From an uncultured Thermoplasmata archaeon (GTDB lineage: Archaea > Thermoplasmatota > Thermoplasmata > Lutacidiplasmatales > UBA184), in contig CAWJFK010000025.1 in NCBI GenBank assembly GCA_963842165.1, forward strand, positions 125,681 to 189,680: 64,000 nt of DNA, given 5' to 3'. The stretch's first letter is position 1, and each line of letters starts with the position of its first letter. Of the stretch, positions 21,930 to 33,007 are shown piece after piece. A program made the translations under genes and the position numbers. The notes under the pieces were generated by a model. That model was not told the DNA's origin and ran no database searches. It saw only the letters and a program-made list of their open reading frames with translations.

Positions 21930-22553
21930 CGCCCCCGCCCGCCCGACCCGCGCCCTTGCCCAATGACCTCCTGAAGCGGTACCCCATCGATCGGCCCCCC
22001 ACGAGCACGGCCGGAGCGGCCGTCACGATCGTGCTACGGAAGGGGAACATCGACCTCGAGGTCCTTCTCATCGAACGAGCCGCCCGAACGGGCGACCCGG
22101 CGTCGGGCCAGGTGGCGCTCCCCGGGGGTCACGTATCAGAGGAGCGACGGAAACCTCGCGCAGACCGCGCTGAGGGAGTTGGAGGAGGAGGTGGGACTCT
22201 CCCGCCGCGACCTCGTCGGCGACCCCCACTACGTGACCATCGTGCATGCGAGACGGTTCGGCTTGGATGTAGGGGTGTTCGCCGCGGAGCTGTTCTCAGA
22301 GGCCCAGCCCCCCACGGCTCGGAGTCCGCTCGAGGTGGCCCACGTCTTCTGGCTTCCCCGCTCGGCGCTCGAGAGCACACGCAAAGTGGAGCGGGACACC
22401 TCGATCGGTACGATCCCCGTCAACGCGACGGTTCACGACGGGCACGTCCTGTGGGGGTTCACGCGACGGGTACTTCGACAGTTCTTCGACCTCCCCCTCG
22501 AGGACGAGCCCTTCGGCCCCGCCTACGTCCCTCGACGCACGGCTCCGCCCTAG
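21926..22553 (+). CDS. NUDIX hydrolase (frameshift near 22150)
   Basis: ...VALPGGHVSEE... and then the Nudix box REVEEELG-like ...TALRELEEEVGL in the shifted frame. The C-terminal part is in ORF 22179..22553. Confidence 0.6.
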
Positions 22554-22748
22554 TCCGGAAACCATCGTTCCCTTGCTCCCCACGGTCTTCCACCAGGCCG
22601 CTTCCGCGGAAGCAACGACTGGGGTGCTCACGGGGCGGGGACGAGTTCGACTCCGAGGACCCGCCCGGGGCGGTATCCGGAGCCCCGACATGCACCTTCC
22701 CGGATCGGTGGTTTTCGGCGGTGCAGGACCGAATTCCTTGAACAACGG

Positions 22749-22760
22749 TTTATATATACC
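22749..22760 (+). promoter_or_regulatory. TATA box (TTTATATATACC) upstream of TBP gene
   Basis: AT-rich TTTATATATA about 30 bp upstream of the TTG start at 22789; the same motif precedes the second TBP gene. Confidence 0.5.
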
Positions 22761-22788
22761 TTAAATAGTCCAGCGGCGAGGGATTTCG

Positions 22789-23337
22789 TTGGTCAAGATC
22801 CGCATCGAGAACGTCGTCGCGTCGACCTCCCTCGGGGGAGTTCTCGACCTCCAATCGATCGCGCTCGGTCTCGACGGGGCGGACTATGAAACCGAACAGT
22901 TCCCCGGCCTCATCTACCGGTTGAAGCAGCCCAAGACCGCGATCCTGCTGTTCCGTTCGGGGAAGGTCGTCTGCACGGGCGCGAAGAGCATGCACGAGGT
23001 CGAGGATTCGATCCACTCGGTGGCCGGCCAGATCAAGAAAGGAGGGCAGAAGATCAACCTGCACCCTAAGATCGAGGTGCAGAACATCGTCGGCGAGCTC
23101 CGACCTCGAGAGCGAGATCAATCTCAACGCTATCGCCGTGACCCTCGGCCTCGACCGGGTCGAGTACGAGCCCGAGCAGTTCCCGGGGCTCGTGTCCGGA
23201 TCGACGTGCCGAAGGTGGTCGTCCTGCTCTTCGGCAGCGGCAAGCTCGTCTGCACCGGCGCCCGAAAGCCCGCTGATGTCGAGGTCGCGGTCAAGAAGAT
23301 CACGAGGGAGCTCCAGGGCGCCGGCCTCCTGCGCTAG
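22789..23337 (+). CDS. tbp: TATA-box binding protein (two indels in second repeat)
   Basis: [67 protein letters not shown]...; the second repeat [27 protein letters not shown] is recovered after correcting two single-base indels. Confidence 0.85.
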   Translation: MVKIRIENVVASTSLGGVLDLQSIALGLDGADYETEQFPGLIYRLKQPKTAILLFRSGKVVCTGAKSMHEVEDSIHSVAGQIKKGGQKINLHPKIEVQNIVGELRPRERDQSQRYRRDPRPRPGRVRARAVPGARVRIDVPKVVVLLFGSGKLVCTGARKPADVEVAVKKITRELQGAGLLR

Positions 23338-23353
23338 GCCCGGACCTCGAAGG

Positions 23354-24234
23354 ACGGCCCCGGTGCCGCTCCCGAGCGATTTGCCCGTCGTCGACCACCA
23401 CTGTCACCTCAGCCCGACCGGAGAAGGGATCGGGGCCGCCCAACGCTTCGCCGCCGCCGGGGGGACCCACCTGATCCTCGCGACTCAGAACTACACCGGA
23501 ACGGTCCCGCGGCGGATCGAGGATTACCGCGACCAGTTCGACATCACCTTTCGGCTCGCCCAATCGATTCGGACCGAAACCGGGGTCGACGTCCGGTGCG
23601 TCGTGGGCCCCTACCCGATCGACCTCGTCCACGCAGCCCCGATCCTCGGGGTCGAAGCGGCCCTCGCCCTGCAGCGGGAAGCCGCCGACCTGGCCGGACG
23701 GTTCGTACCGGGAGGGGCGCGCGGTCGCCTTGGGCGAGGTTGGCACGCCCCACTTCCCCGTCGACGAGCCGATCCGGCTCGCCGGCGCGCTCGCGTTGGA
23801 CCACGCGTTCGCGGTCGCCCGACGCCGACTGTCCGGCGGTCGTGCACTCGGCCGACCTGGATGCGTCAGGGTACCGGGAGCTCGCCGCCCGCGCCGCGCG
23901 AGCCGGGCTCCCCGCCCACCGGGTCGTGAAGCACTATGCCCGCTCGCTGGTGCCGCGGGACGACCGTCACGGGGTCGCCCCGTCGTTCCTCGCACGGAGG
24001 GATCTCGTCCACGCGGTCCTCGCGGAGGAGGGGCCCTGGTTCCTCGAAACCGATTTCCTCGACGACCCCTCCCGGCCCGGTGCCGTGCTCGACCTCGCTA
24101 CCGTGCCGCGCCGTGCGGCCGCCCTCGCCGCGCGGGACCCCGAATCGGCCGAACGCCTTCGGATCCCCTTCGTGGAGTCGTTCGAGACCGTGTATGGTTG
24201 GCGTCCGGAGCTCCCTCGCCGGAGGTCGCCATGA
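23354..24234 (+). CDS. TatD-family metal-dependent hydrolase/DNase (frameshifted)
   Basis: [18 protein letters not shown]... (GTG start); ...[10 protein letters not shown]...[14 protein letters not shown].... Confidence 0.55.
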
Positions 24235-24876
24235 GCGCACGTCGCCCGAGCCGGGGCCGCTGTTGGCTCTCGAGGGGATCGATGGGCCGGGAAGTCGACG
24301 CTCGCCAAAGCGCTCGCGACCCACCTGCGACGTCGCGGTCTGCGGGTCCTCCTCCGGCGGGAGCCCTCGGACCCGGCCCTCGGTCGCCTGGCGCAGGAGG
24401 CGAGCGTCCGCGATCCGTGGAGTGGGGCGGTCTACTTCACTGTCGACCGGTTCCTCGCGCGTCCGGCCCTCGAGCGCGACCTGCACCGCTCGGACCTGGT
24501 CATCTGCGACCGCTCCCTCTACTCGACCCTCGCCTACCAGGGAAGCGCCCTGGGGGCCGAGGCGGTCCGGCGTCTCGAGGAGCTCGGACCCCGTGCGACG
24601 ATCCTACCGGATCGAGTGGTCCTGCTCGATCTTTCACCGGTCGACGCCCTCCGTCGACTGGGCGGGCGTTCGCGCGTCCGCGGCCCGCTCGAACGACGCC
24701 GCACGCTCGGACGCGTGGCGACCCGGTACCGCCGGTTGGCCCGGCGCGAGGGGTGGCAGGTCCTGGACGCGCGACGACCGACCGTTGAGCTGGTCGCCGC
24801 GATCGCCGCCACCCTTCCCCTCCCGCGGTCGCGTGCCAGGCCGCGGCCTCGGTCGGCGCGCGGACAGCGAACCTGA
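24231..24876 (+). CDS. tmk: Thymidylate kinase (frameshifted near 24260-24300)
   Basis: ...LLALEGIDGPGKSTLAKALATHLRRRGLRVLLRREPS... P-loop; ...VICDRSLYSTLAYQG...; 3' region in ORF 24616..24876. Confidence 0.75.
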
Positions 24877-24905
24877 TATCGGGGACCCCTGTCCCGAACT
24901 CCGTG

Positions 24906-26063
24906 CCGACCTCGCCCCGCATCCTGCTCAAGGAGGAGACCCTCGACCCGGCCTACCTGCCGCCGCGGCTGGTACGCCGAGAGAAAGAGCTCCAAGTCCT
25001 GACGAAGCGATTTCGCGAGGCGTTGGCGAAGGGGACCAGCGTACCCACCTCCTGCTGACCGGCGGGGTCGGGAGCGGGAAGACCGCACTCGCCCGCCGGC
25101 TCGCGAGCGACCTCGAACGGACCGGCCGTGGCAACGAGCTCCCCGTCCGGTCCGCCTACATCAACTGCTGGCGACGGGCGAGCGACCGGACGGTCATGCT
25201 CGACCTGCTCCGGTCCGTGGACGTCTCCCTGCCGGACCGGGGGTACAGCCTCTCGGAGATGATCGACGTCTTCGAGCAGGGCCTGCGCCGCCGGCCCCAG
25301 CATCTGGTCGTCCTCCTCGACGAGGCGGCAGCGCTGGTCAAGCAGGAAACCAAGCTGGTCTACCTCCTCTCCCGCTCCCACGAGGTCGCGCTCGGATCGA
25401 TCTCGTTGCTGCTCGTCGCGGCGGAGGACCTCCTCCCGTACCTGGACGCCCCGAGCCGTTCGAGCTTCGGCGTCACCCACCGGCTCGCCCTCCCACCCTA
25501 CACCCGGGAGGACCTCACGGAGATCCTCGCGGCGCGGGCCGAACTCGCGCTCCGTCCCGGCAGCTTCGACCGCGAGGTGCTCGACCAGATCGCCCGCATC
25601 GCCGTCCCCAACGGGGACGCGCGCTTCGCGCTCGAGATCCTCTCCGGTGCGGCCCACACCGCCGAAGACGCAGGGTCCGACACGATCCTCTCCGAGCACG
25701 TGCGTCGGACGAAGGGATCGCTCCTGCCGACTCTCTCGGAATCCCAGCTCGAGGACCTGTCGACCAACGAGCTCGGCGTGCTCCTCGCGCTGTCCCGCTC
25801 GCTGCGGGGCCGCGGGGCGGCGGTCGCGAGCCAGAAGCTCCGGGCCGCGCACACCGCGCTCCTCGAGGAGCTCGGGGGCTCGCCGATGAGCCGCACGACG
25901 TTCTGGCGGACGCTCAAGGAGCTCGAGCGAGACGGACTCGTCACGCTCGAGACGGCCGGTACCGGAGAGTCGAGCCGACGTCGCCATGGACGACCTGCCG
26001 GCCAGCTACCTCGCGACGTTGGTCGAGGAGCGCCTCGGCCGGAGTCGTCCGCGCAAAGCCTAA
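24906..26063 (+). CDS. cdc6: Orc1/Cdc6 AAA+ replication initiator (frameshifts near 25050 and 25980)
   Basis: ...ILLKEETLDPAYLPPRLVRREKELQVLTKRFREAL...HLLLTGGVGSGKTALARRLASDLE...HLVVLLDEAAAL...; winged-helix end ...FWRTLKELERDGLVTLET. Confidence 0.8.
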
Positions 26064-26104
26064 AGGTGCTGACGGGTCGGACGGGCGTGGCGACTGCCGA
26101 AGCT

Positions 26105-27005
26105 ATGGCCGGACCCGCGTCCCGGGTCCGGGCGGCTCCCAGAATGGATCCGCATTCGGCCTCCGAAGGGTCCGCTCTACCCGGAGGTCCGGGGCCTCCT
26201 GGAGGGCCTCCGTCTCGGCACCGTCTGTCGAGAGGCGCACTGCCCCAACCTGTCGGAATGCTGGTCGGCTGGCACGGCCACCCTGATGCTCCTGGGCACC
26301 GATTGCACCCGCCGCTGCGGGTTCTGTGCCGTGACCACTCATTGGCCGGCCGGGGCGGTGGACCGGACGGAGCCCGGGCGGGTCGCGACGGCCGTCGGGA
26401 ATTGGGGGCTTCGCTACGTGGTCCTCACGCAAGTCTGCCGCGACGACCTCCCGGACGGGGGTGCGTCGCTGCTGCGCGAGACGGTGGATCGGATCCGTCA
26501 GGAGGCCCCGTCGACGAAGGTCGAGCTCCTCACCGGCGACCTCGGTGGCTCCGAGGCCGCTCTCCGGGAGGTCCTGGCCCGCCCGCCCGACGTGTTCGCG
26601 CACAACCTGGAGACCGTCCGCTCGCTCTCGAGGCAGGTCCGCGACCCGCGGGCCGGCTACGACCGCTCGCTCGAGGTCCTTCGGCAGGCCCGCTCGATCG
26701 GCGGGAACCGACTCGTGACCAAGACGTCGATCATGCTCGGCCTCGGTGAGACGGACGCAGAGGTCGAGACCGCGCTGGCCGACCTTCGGACCGCGGACGT
26801 CGACCTCGTGACGTTCGGGCAGTACCCTTCACCGGGACCCCGCCACGTCCCGGTCTCCCGATACGTCCCTCCGCGGGAGTTCGAAGTCTGGAAGCAACGG
26901 GCTCTCGACCGGGGGTTCACCGCCGTTGAATCCGGCCCCCTCGTTCGCAGCTCCTACCACGCGGAGGAGCTGTTCGACCGCGCCGCGGCCGCGCGGAGGG
27001 GCTAG
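26105..27005 (+). CDS. lipA: Lipoyl synthase (frameshift near 26110-26140)
   Basis: ...PEWIRIRPPKGPLYPEVRGLLEGLRLGTVCREAHCPNLSECWSAGTATLMLLGTDCTRRCGFCAV... (both Cys clusters); C-terminus as in ORF 26286..27005. Confidence 0.8.
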
Positions 27006-27007
27006 CG

Positions 27008-27373
27008 ATGGCGAAGAAGGCCCGTAAGAAGATGGAAGAGGACGCGATCCCTGCGTTCGAGTTCCCCACCTTCGACGAGGCGGGGTTCGTTTGGAAGGAG
27101 TACCAGCTCGCGACCGCGACCGCGCTCGCGGGCCTGGTCGCGATCGTGCTCGGCCTCGTGAGCTGGCTCATGACGGCGGCCGGCCTCAACGGGTTCATTC
27201 CGTTCGGGATCGGGATCGCGGGGATGGCCGGGAGCGTGTTCCTGATCCAGCGCATCCGCCCGAACTCGACCCACTACACCAAGGGCGACTGGGCCGGACT
27301 GCTCGCGCTCGAATTCTTCGGTTGGATCGCAATCTGGTTCCTGCTCCTGGACATCGCCCCGGTAGGGCTCTAG
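27008..27373 (+). CDS. Small membrane protein, hypothetical
   Basis: 121 aa with a Lys-rich N-terminus and three TM helices. Confidence 0.4.
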   Translation: MAKKARKKMEEDAIPAFEFPTFDEAGFVWKEYQLATATALAGLVAIVLGLVSWLMTAAGLNGFIPFGIGIAGMAGSVFLIQRIRPNSTHYTKGDWAGLLALEFFGWIAIWFLLLDIAPVGL

Positions 27374-27374
27374 T

Positions 27375-28789
27375 TCAAGGGAGATCGAGCCAGGGCAGCC
27401 GCCGTCCGACCAGCTCGCGGAGCGCCTCCGAGAGGGCCGGACTCTCGGACTCCGCGGACAGGGGGTGCACCATGACCCGGGCCGGGTCGGTCGGGGTGAG
27501 GTCCCGGCCGAGCGAGAGCCGAGGCAGGACCGAGCGGATCACGGGTTCGACCTCCCGGTCGGCCCGACGGGTGTCCACGCCCAGGCTCCCGTCGGGGCGC
27601 ACGTATGGGCCCTGCAGCACGGGGGCGTCCTTCGCCGTCCACTTGTCCAGGAACTGTCCCACGCGGTCGAGCCCGGCCGGGGGACCGTCCTGGGCCCGGA
27701 CCGCCGGACGGTGGGCGTGGCCGACTTCGATCGCGACCACGACGCGGGCCGGCTCGACGGCGGACGCCGAACCGATGACCTCGAACCCCGAGCGAGCCAC
27801 CTCCTCGGCGATCGCGCGCTCGGCCTTCCGGACCTGCGGGTAGAGCGTGTCGTCGACGAGGTCCGGCCGCGGGAGGGAAACGATCGCGATGTGGGTTCCC
27901 CGCTCGTGCATCCGTCGGATCGCTTCCTCCCGGGAGAAGGCCTGCGCGGCCCGCACGTGGAACCACGGCTCCGCCGGCCGGTCGAGGTACGCTTCCGGCG
28001 GCGAGAATGAGGAGGGCCAGGTTCCGACGGGAGAGGGCACTCGCGACGTTCCGGTGGGGGTCGACGGGGTCCGCGAGGATGAGGGCGACCTCGGCGGGGA
28101 GGCGGGGTGGGTCCTTGGACGGCGCCTCGATACGAACCGGGACCCTCCACGACCGCGCCGCCCCGAGGAGTCCCTGGAGCGAGCCATATCGAAGGACGAG
28201 GAGCTCGACGAGGTAGCCCGAGAACCCTTCGGTGCGGGACTCCGACCCATACACCCCGAGCGAGCGGAAGAACTGCTTCGCGAGCCGGAACCTGGGCGAC
28301 GAGCTCGGGAGTCTCCCGTCCGGCGAGGTACTCCTGGTGGAACGGGGTTCGATCCACCGGGGAGAGCGGCCGGGAAGGGTCGGTGATGGCGAATCCCGGG
28401 ACCGCGTCGACGTTGAACCCCTCGAATTGGCCGCGCAAGTACGGATGCTCGGCGTACCGAGTCTCCGGGTTCGAGAGCACGGCGCGGCCGAGTGCGAGTC
28501 CCTCCTCGCGGAGTCGGTCCCGCGTCAGGTCCGGAGGGAACAGCAGGAAGAGGTCGATGTCGAGGCGGTCGGAGAGGTAGGTCCCTCGGGCGGCGCTCCC
28601 GGCGACGAGCGCGCGCACGAGGGGGCTGGAGCGCGCCGAGGCCGCCGTCCGGACCCGTTCGACCAGCTCGCTCCGTACCCGGGCGACGCGTTCCTGCATC
28701 TCGGCCGTGGGTGAGATCCGCTCGGACACCCGGGCTTCGAGCCGGTCGGCCTCGGGATTCGCGGGCGACGGGCGGTGACTGCCCTGCAC
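27375..28789 (-). CDS. cca: Archaeal class-I CCA-adding tRNA nucleotidyltransferase (frameshifted)
   Basis: ORF 27539..28789: ...LVAGSAARGTYLSDRLDIDLFLLFPPDL...; the C-terminal half is in the 27375..28250 and 27370..28254 frames. Confidence 0.75.
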
Positions 28790-28896
28790 GCCCGCCTGAC
28801 CCCCTCGCGGGGGATGAACCTTCGGCTCGAGGTCGGGCGGAGTTTACGGCATGGTTAATGGACGCGCCGCCCTAGCAGTATCGGGAGGCTTCTCAC

Positions 28897-29954
28897 ATGT
28901 CCCACCCCGCCCTCCTCTACCAACCGTTGCCCGGCGGCAAGGTGCGGTGCACCGCGTGTGCCCGGTACCTGCATCATCCCCGCCGGGTCCCACGGCTTCT
29001 GCTTCGTCCGCAAGAACGTGGAGGGACGTCTCGAGCTCTTGTCGTACGGGAAGGCGGCCGCCGTACAGGTCGACCCGGTGGAGAAGAAGCCGCTCTCCCA
29101 CTTCCACCCGGGGACACGCGTGTACTCGATCGGGACGGTCGGCTGCAATTGGCGCTGCCTCTACTGCCAGAACGCGGAGATCTCCCAGGAGCAGGAGATC
29201 GTGGGACGGCCCCTCTCGCCGGCCGACGCGGTGGCGGGGGCGCTCCGATACGGCTGCTCCGGAGTGACGTTCACGTACAACGAGCCGACGATCTTCATCG
29301 AGTACACGCTCGACATCATGAAGCAAGCGCGCGCGGCCGGCCTCTTCGCGAACTTCGTCACGAACGGCTACATGACGCCCGAGGCGACGGAGCTGCTCGG
29401 TCCCCACCTCGACGCGATCAGCGTCGACTTCAAAGGCAGCGGCGAAGCGGGGTTCCTTCGAAAGTACGTCGCCGCCAAGGGACCGGAGCCGATCTGGGCC
29501 ACGATGGCCGACCTACACCGTCGGGGCGTGCACGTCGAGGTGACGGACCTGATCGTCCCCGAGGTAGGGGAATCGGTCGAGGCGACCCGTGACCTCGCCC
29601 GACGCGTGCGGGACGACCTCGGGCCCTCGACCCCGTTCCACCTCCTCCGGTTCCATCCCGATTACAAGATGATGCAGTTCCCCGAGACGCCGATCCCGAC
29701 CCTCGAGAAGCTCCATGCCGTCGTCAAGGCCGAGGGACTCGAGTGACGTCTACCTCGGGAACGTCTGGGGCCATCCGCTCGAGCACACGTACTGTCCGGC
29801 GTGCGGCGCGATCGCCGTCCGCCGATACGGGTTCACGATCCAGGCGTGGAACCTCGACGCGCAGAACCGCTGCCGCGCCTGCCGGCACCGGATCCCGATC
29901 GTCGGCCGACTGCCGCGAGAGTACGTCCCGACGTTTGCGACCCCCGTGGCGTGA
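28897..29954 (+). CDS. AmmeMemoRadiSam-system radical SAM enzyme (frameshifted)
   Basis: MSHPALLYQPLPGGKVRCTACARY..., ...SIGTVGCNWRCLYCQNAEIS (CxxxCxxC); C-terminal zinc-ribbon-like ...[36 protein letters not shown]. Confidence 0.7.
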
Positions 29955-30750
29955 CCCCCCGCGGGCGGTGCTCCGGAGTCGCGGGGGCGGCCAGCCGGAC
30001 CGCGTCGACCACCAGGTGGAGCGGGATTTCGAGCATGTACGCCCCCTGAGGGCTCTTCCGGACCGCCTCGGGCCGCGGCACAGGCTCCTCGACCCCGGCT
30101 ACGACCATACCGGCCCCCCGGAGGTACCGGAAGTACGTGGACAACGGCCGGTGGTACGACTGGGTGTACGCGGTTTCCGTCTCGGACACCCGCCACGGGA
30201 TACGGACCGTGTGTTCCTGCCGATAGCCCGCCACCTTCCGGAAGACCGTATCCCGGAGGAACTCCCGCTCGACGACCCACATGGAACGGAGGTCGATGTC
30301 GAAGCAGGGGTGGGAGATCGAGAAGACGAAGCGGCCGTTCGGTCGAAGGACCCGCCCGACCTCCCCGATCGTACCCTCCCCATCCTCGATGTCCATGAGC
30401 GACATGTGCGCGACCACTCGGTCGAAGTGGCCGGTGCTGAACTCCGCCAGGTGGGCCGCATCCTGACGAACGAAGCGGGCCCCGGTCCGTCGGCTCCGTT
30501 CCCGCCGGCGGGCGATTCGTATGTTGGCCTCGGAACCGTCGATCCCGACGGACTCCGTCGCTCCCTCGCTGGCCCACCGTCGAGTGAGGTAACCGTTCCC
30601 ACAACCCAAGTCGAGAATTCGGAGGCCCCGCACGCTTCCGAGGACGGCCCGGAGACTCGGGTCGAGGATCGCCCGGTGCCAGAGGTCGCCGCGCTCCCCC
30701 GTGCGGTAGTCGCGCCACGTCGCGAGCGCGTCCCACCCTTCCCGGACCAT
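29833..30750 (-). CDS. Class I SAM-dependent methyltransferase
   Basis: ...[21 protein letters not shown]...[17 protein letters not shown].... The 3' end is uncertain because the read-through overlaps the radical SAM gene. Confidence 0.65.
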   Translation of the reverse strand: MVREGWDALATWRDYRTGERGDLWHRAILDPSLRAVLGSVRGLRILDLGCGNGYLTRRWASEGATESVGIDGSEANIRIARRRERSRRTGARFVRQDAAHLAEFSTGHFDRVVAHMSLMDIEDGEGTIGEVGRVLRPNGRFVFSISHPCFDIDLRSMWVVEREFLRDTVFRKVAGYRQEHTVRIPWRVSETETAYTQSYHRPLSTYFRYLRGAGMVVAGVEEPVPRPEAVRKSPQGAYMLEIPLHLVVDAVRLAAPATPEHRPRGVTPRGSQTSGRTLAAVGRRSGSGAGRRGSGSARRGSTPGS

Positions 30751-30992
30751 GGTGCCGCGGTCGGCCTTCCGTTCCGGATATTAATCCCCCACGGTCTGGG
30801 AGCCATCGTCCGTCGCGAGAGGAAGGCGTCGGTCGGTCGGGAGGGCAGTTCTTCTTTTACCCCGACGCGTCTGGGGTGGCCCGGAGGACCCGGTTCGAGC
30901 GCGCGGGGGGGCACGGAGTCGCGCGGGGCCGATACGTACCTCCGCACTCGCGGCCGCCTCCGCACCGTTCCGAGAGCCTCCGACCGGCAACG

Positions 30993-33007
30993 ATGAGCGA
31001 CCTGGATGCGACGTGCGTCAACACGCTCCGGTTCCTCGCAGTCGACGCGGTCGAGAAGGCGAAATCCGGCCACCCGGGACTTCCCCTCGGAGCCGCGCCG
31101 ATGGCGTACGTCCTTTGGGATCGTTTCCTACGACACAATCCCGCCCAACCGGATTGGCCCGACCGGGACCGGTTCATCCTCTCGGCCGGCCACGGGTCGG
31201 CGCTCCTCTATGCGCTCCTCCACGTCACCGGTTACGACCTTTCGCTCGAGGAGCTCCAGCGCTTCCGCCAGTGGGGCAGCCGAACCCCGGGCCATCCAGA
31301 GCACGGTCTCACGCCGGGCGTCGAAGCCACCACGGGCCCGCTCGGCCAGGGATTCGGCATGGGCGTGGGGATGGCGATCGCGGAACGCCACCTCGCCGCC
31401 GAGTTCAATCAAGAAGGGTTCCCGATCGTCGACCATTACACCTACGGGATCGTCTCGGACGGGGACCTCATGGAAGGCATCGCGTCCGAGGCCGCCTCGC
31501 TCGCCGGGACGCTCGGCCTCGGCAAGCTGATCTACCTCTACGACGACAACCACGTCTCGCTCGAGGGCCCGACCGAATGGGCGTTCACCGAGAGCGTGCC
31601 CCACCGGTTCGAAGCCTACGGTTGGCAGGTCCTGTCGGTGGCCGACGGCAACGACCTCGCGGCGATTGACGGGGCGCTGCGCGCGGCCCGGACGGAGACC
31701 GACGCCCCACGCTCACCTGCGTCCGAACCCATCTCGGGTACGGCAGTCCGGTCCAGGACACCCGGGAGGCGCACGGAGAGCCCCTCGGACCGGCGAACCT
31801 GAAGGCGACGAAAGAGAAGCTGGGCTGGCCGCTCGAGCCGTCGTTCCTCGTCCCGGAGGACGTTCGTGCCCACTTCCGCGCCGCGCGAGATCGCGGAACT
31901 CGATGGCAGGCCGAGTGGGAGGCGATGTTCGCGAGTTTCCGCAGTTCACATCTCGCGGACGCGAAGCGGTGGGAGGATCAACGGGCCGGACATTTCCCCG
32001 CCGGATGGGATGCCCGCATCCCCACGTTCGCTCCCGCCACCGGGCCGATGGCCACGCGGGACGCATCGCAGAAATTCCTGGAAGCGGTCGGCCCGTTGCT
32101 GCCGGCGCTGCTCGGAGGCGCGGCGGATCTGTCCCCCTCGACCAAGACGCTGCTCCCCGGGTCATCGGATTACTCCGCGAAGGACGGGGCGGGACGCAAC
32201 TTCCACTTCGGTGTGCGCGAGCACGCGATGGTCGCGATCATGAACGGGATGGCTCTCCACGGGGGGCTGATCCCGTACGGCGGGACCTTCCTCACGTTCT
32301 CGGACTACGCCCGGGGCGGCCTCCGCTTGGCGGCCCTCCAGGGGACCCACGCGGTCTTCGTCTTCACCCACGACAGCATCGGAATGGGCGAGGACGGGCC
32401 CACGCACCAACCGGTCGAGCACTTGCTGGCGCTCCGAGCTCTTCCTCACCTGACCGTGATCCGGCCCGCCGACGCGAACGAGACCACCGCCGCGTGGCGC
32501 GTCGCCCTGGAACGCAAGGGGCCGACCGTCCTCGTGTTCAGCCGTCAGAAGTTGCCGGTCCTCGACCCCGGCGCGTACCCGATCTCGGTCGGTGTCCCGC
32601 GGGGAGGCTACGTGCTGTCCGAGTCCAACGGTGCAACTCCTAAGGTGGTCCTCATCGCGACGGGCTCGGAAGTGGCGCTCGTGCTCGACGCACAGCAGCA
32701 GCTCCAGAAGACCGGTGTCCCCACTCGCGTCGTATCTCTGCCCTCGTGGGAGTTGTTCGAAGAGCAACCGACATCGTATCGTGATTCGGTCCTACCGCCG
32801 ACGGTTCCGAAGGTCTCCGTGGAAGCCGGCGTGACGATGGGCTGGTCGCGCTACGTGGGTTCGGACGGCGCTTCGATCGGGGTGGATCGGTTCGGCGCCT
32901 CCGCCCCGGGCCCCGTCGTCCAGCGGGAGTACGGCTTCACGACCGAGCACGTCGTGGACGTCGTCCGCCGCGTTCTGGCCGCGAGGTCGGGAGGGGCGGC
33001 TCGATGA
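30993..33007 (+). CDS. tkt: Transketolase, full-length single-polypeptide (frameshift near 31750-31900)
   Basis: [42 protein letters not shown]...; the C-terminal two domains are in ORF 31925..33007. Confidence 0.85.

Noticed and set aside
22750-23127. Minus-strand ORF antisense to TBP, with a twin at 63624..63920
   Set aside because: The similarity of the two ORFs reflects conservation of the TBP genes on the opposite strand, not a real antisense gene family.
26064-26104. Possible origin or ORB repeats adjacent to cdc6
   Set aside because: The intergenic space is only about 40 bp and GC-rich, with no repeats. Nothing here resembles an origin.
23936-26749. 937-aa ORF spanning tmk, cdc6 and lipA regions
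   Set aside because: Read-through in an alternate frame of GC-rich DNA that lacks stop codons. The translated product is low-complexity Arg/Pro/Gly-rich with no domain signal, and the real genes are in other frames.
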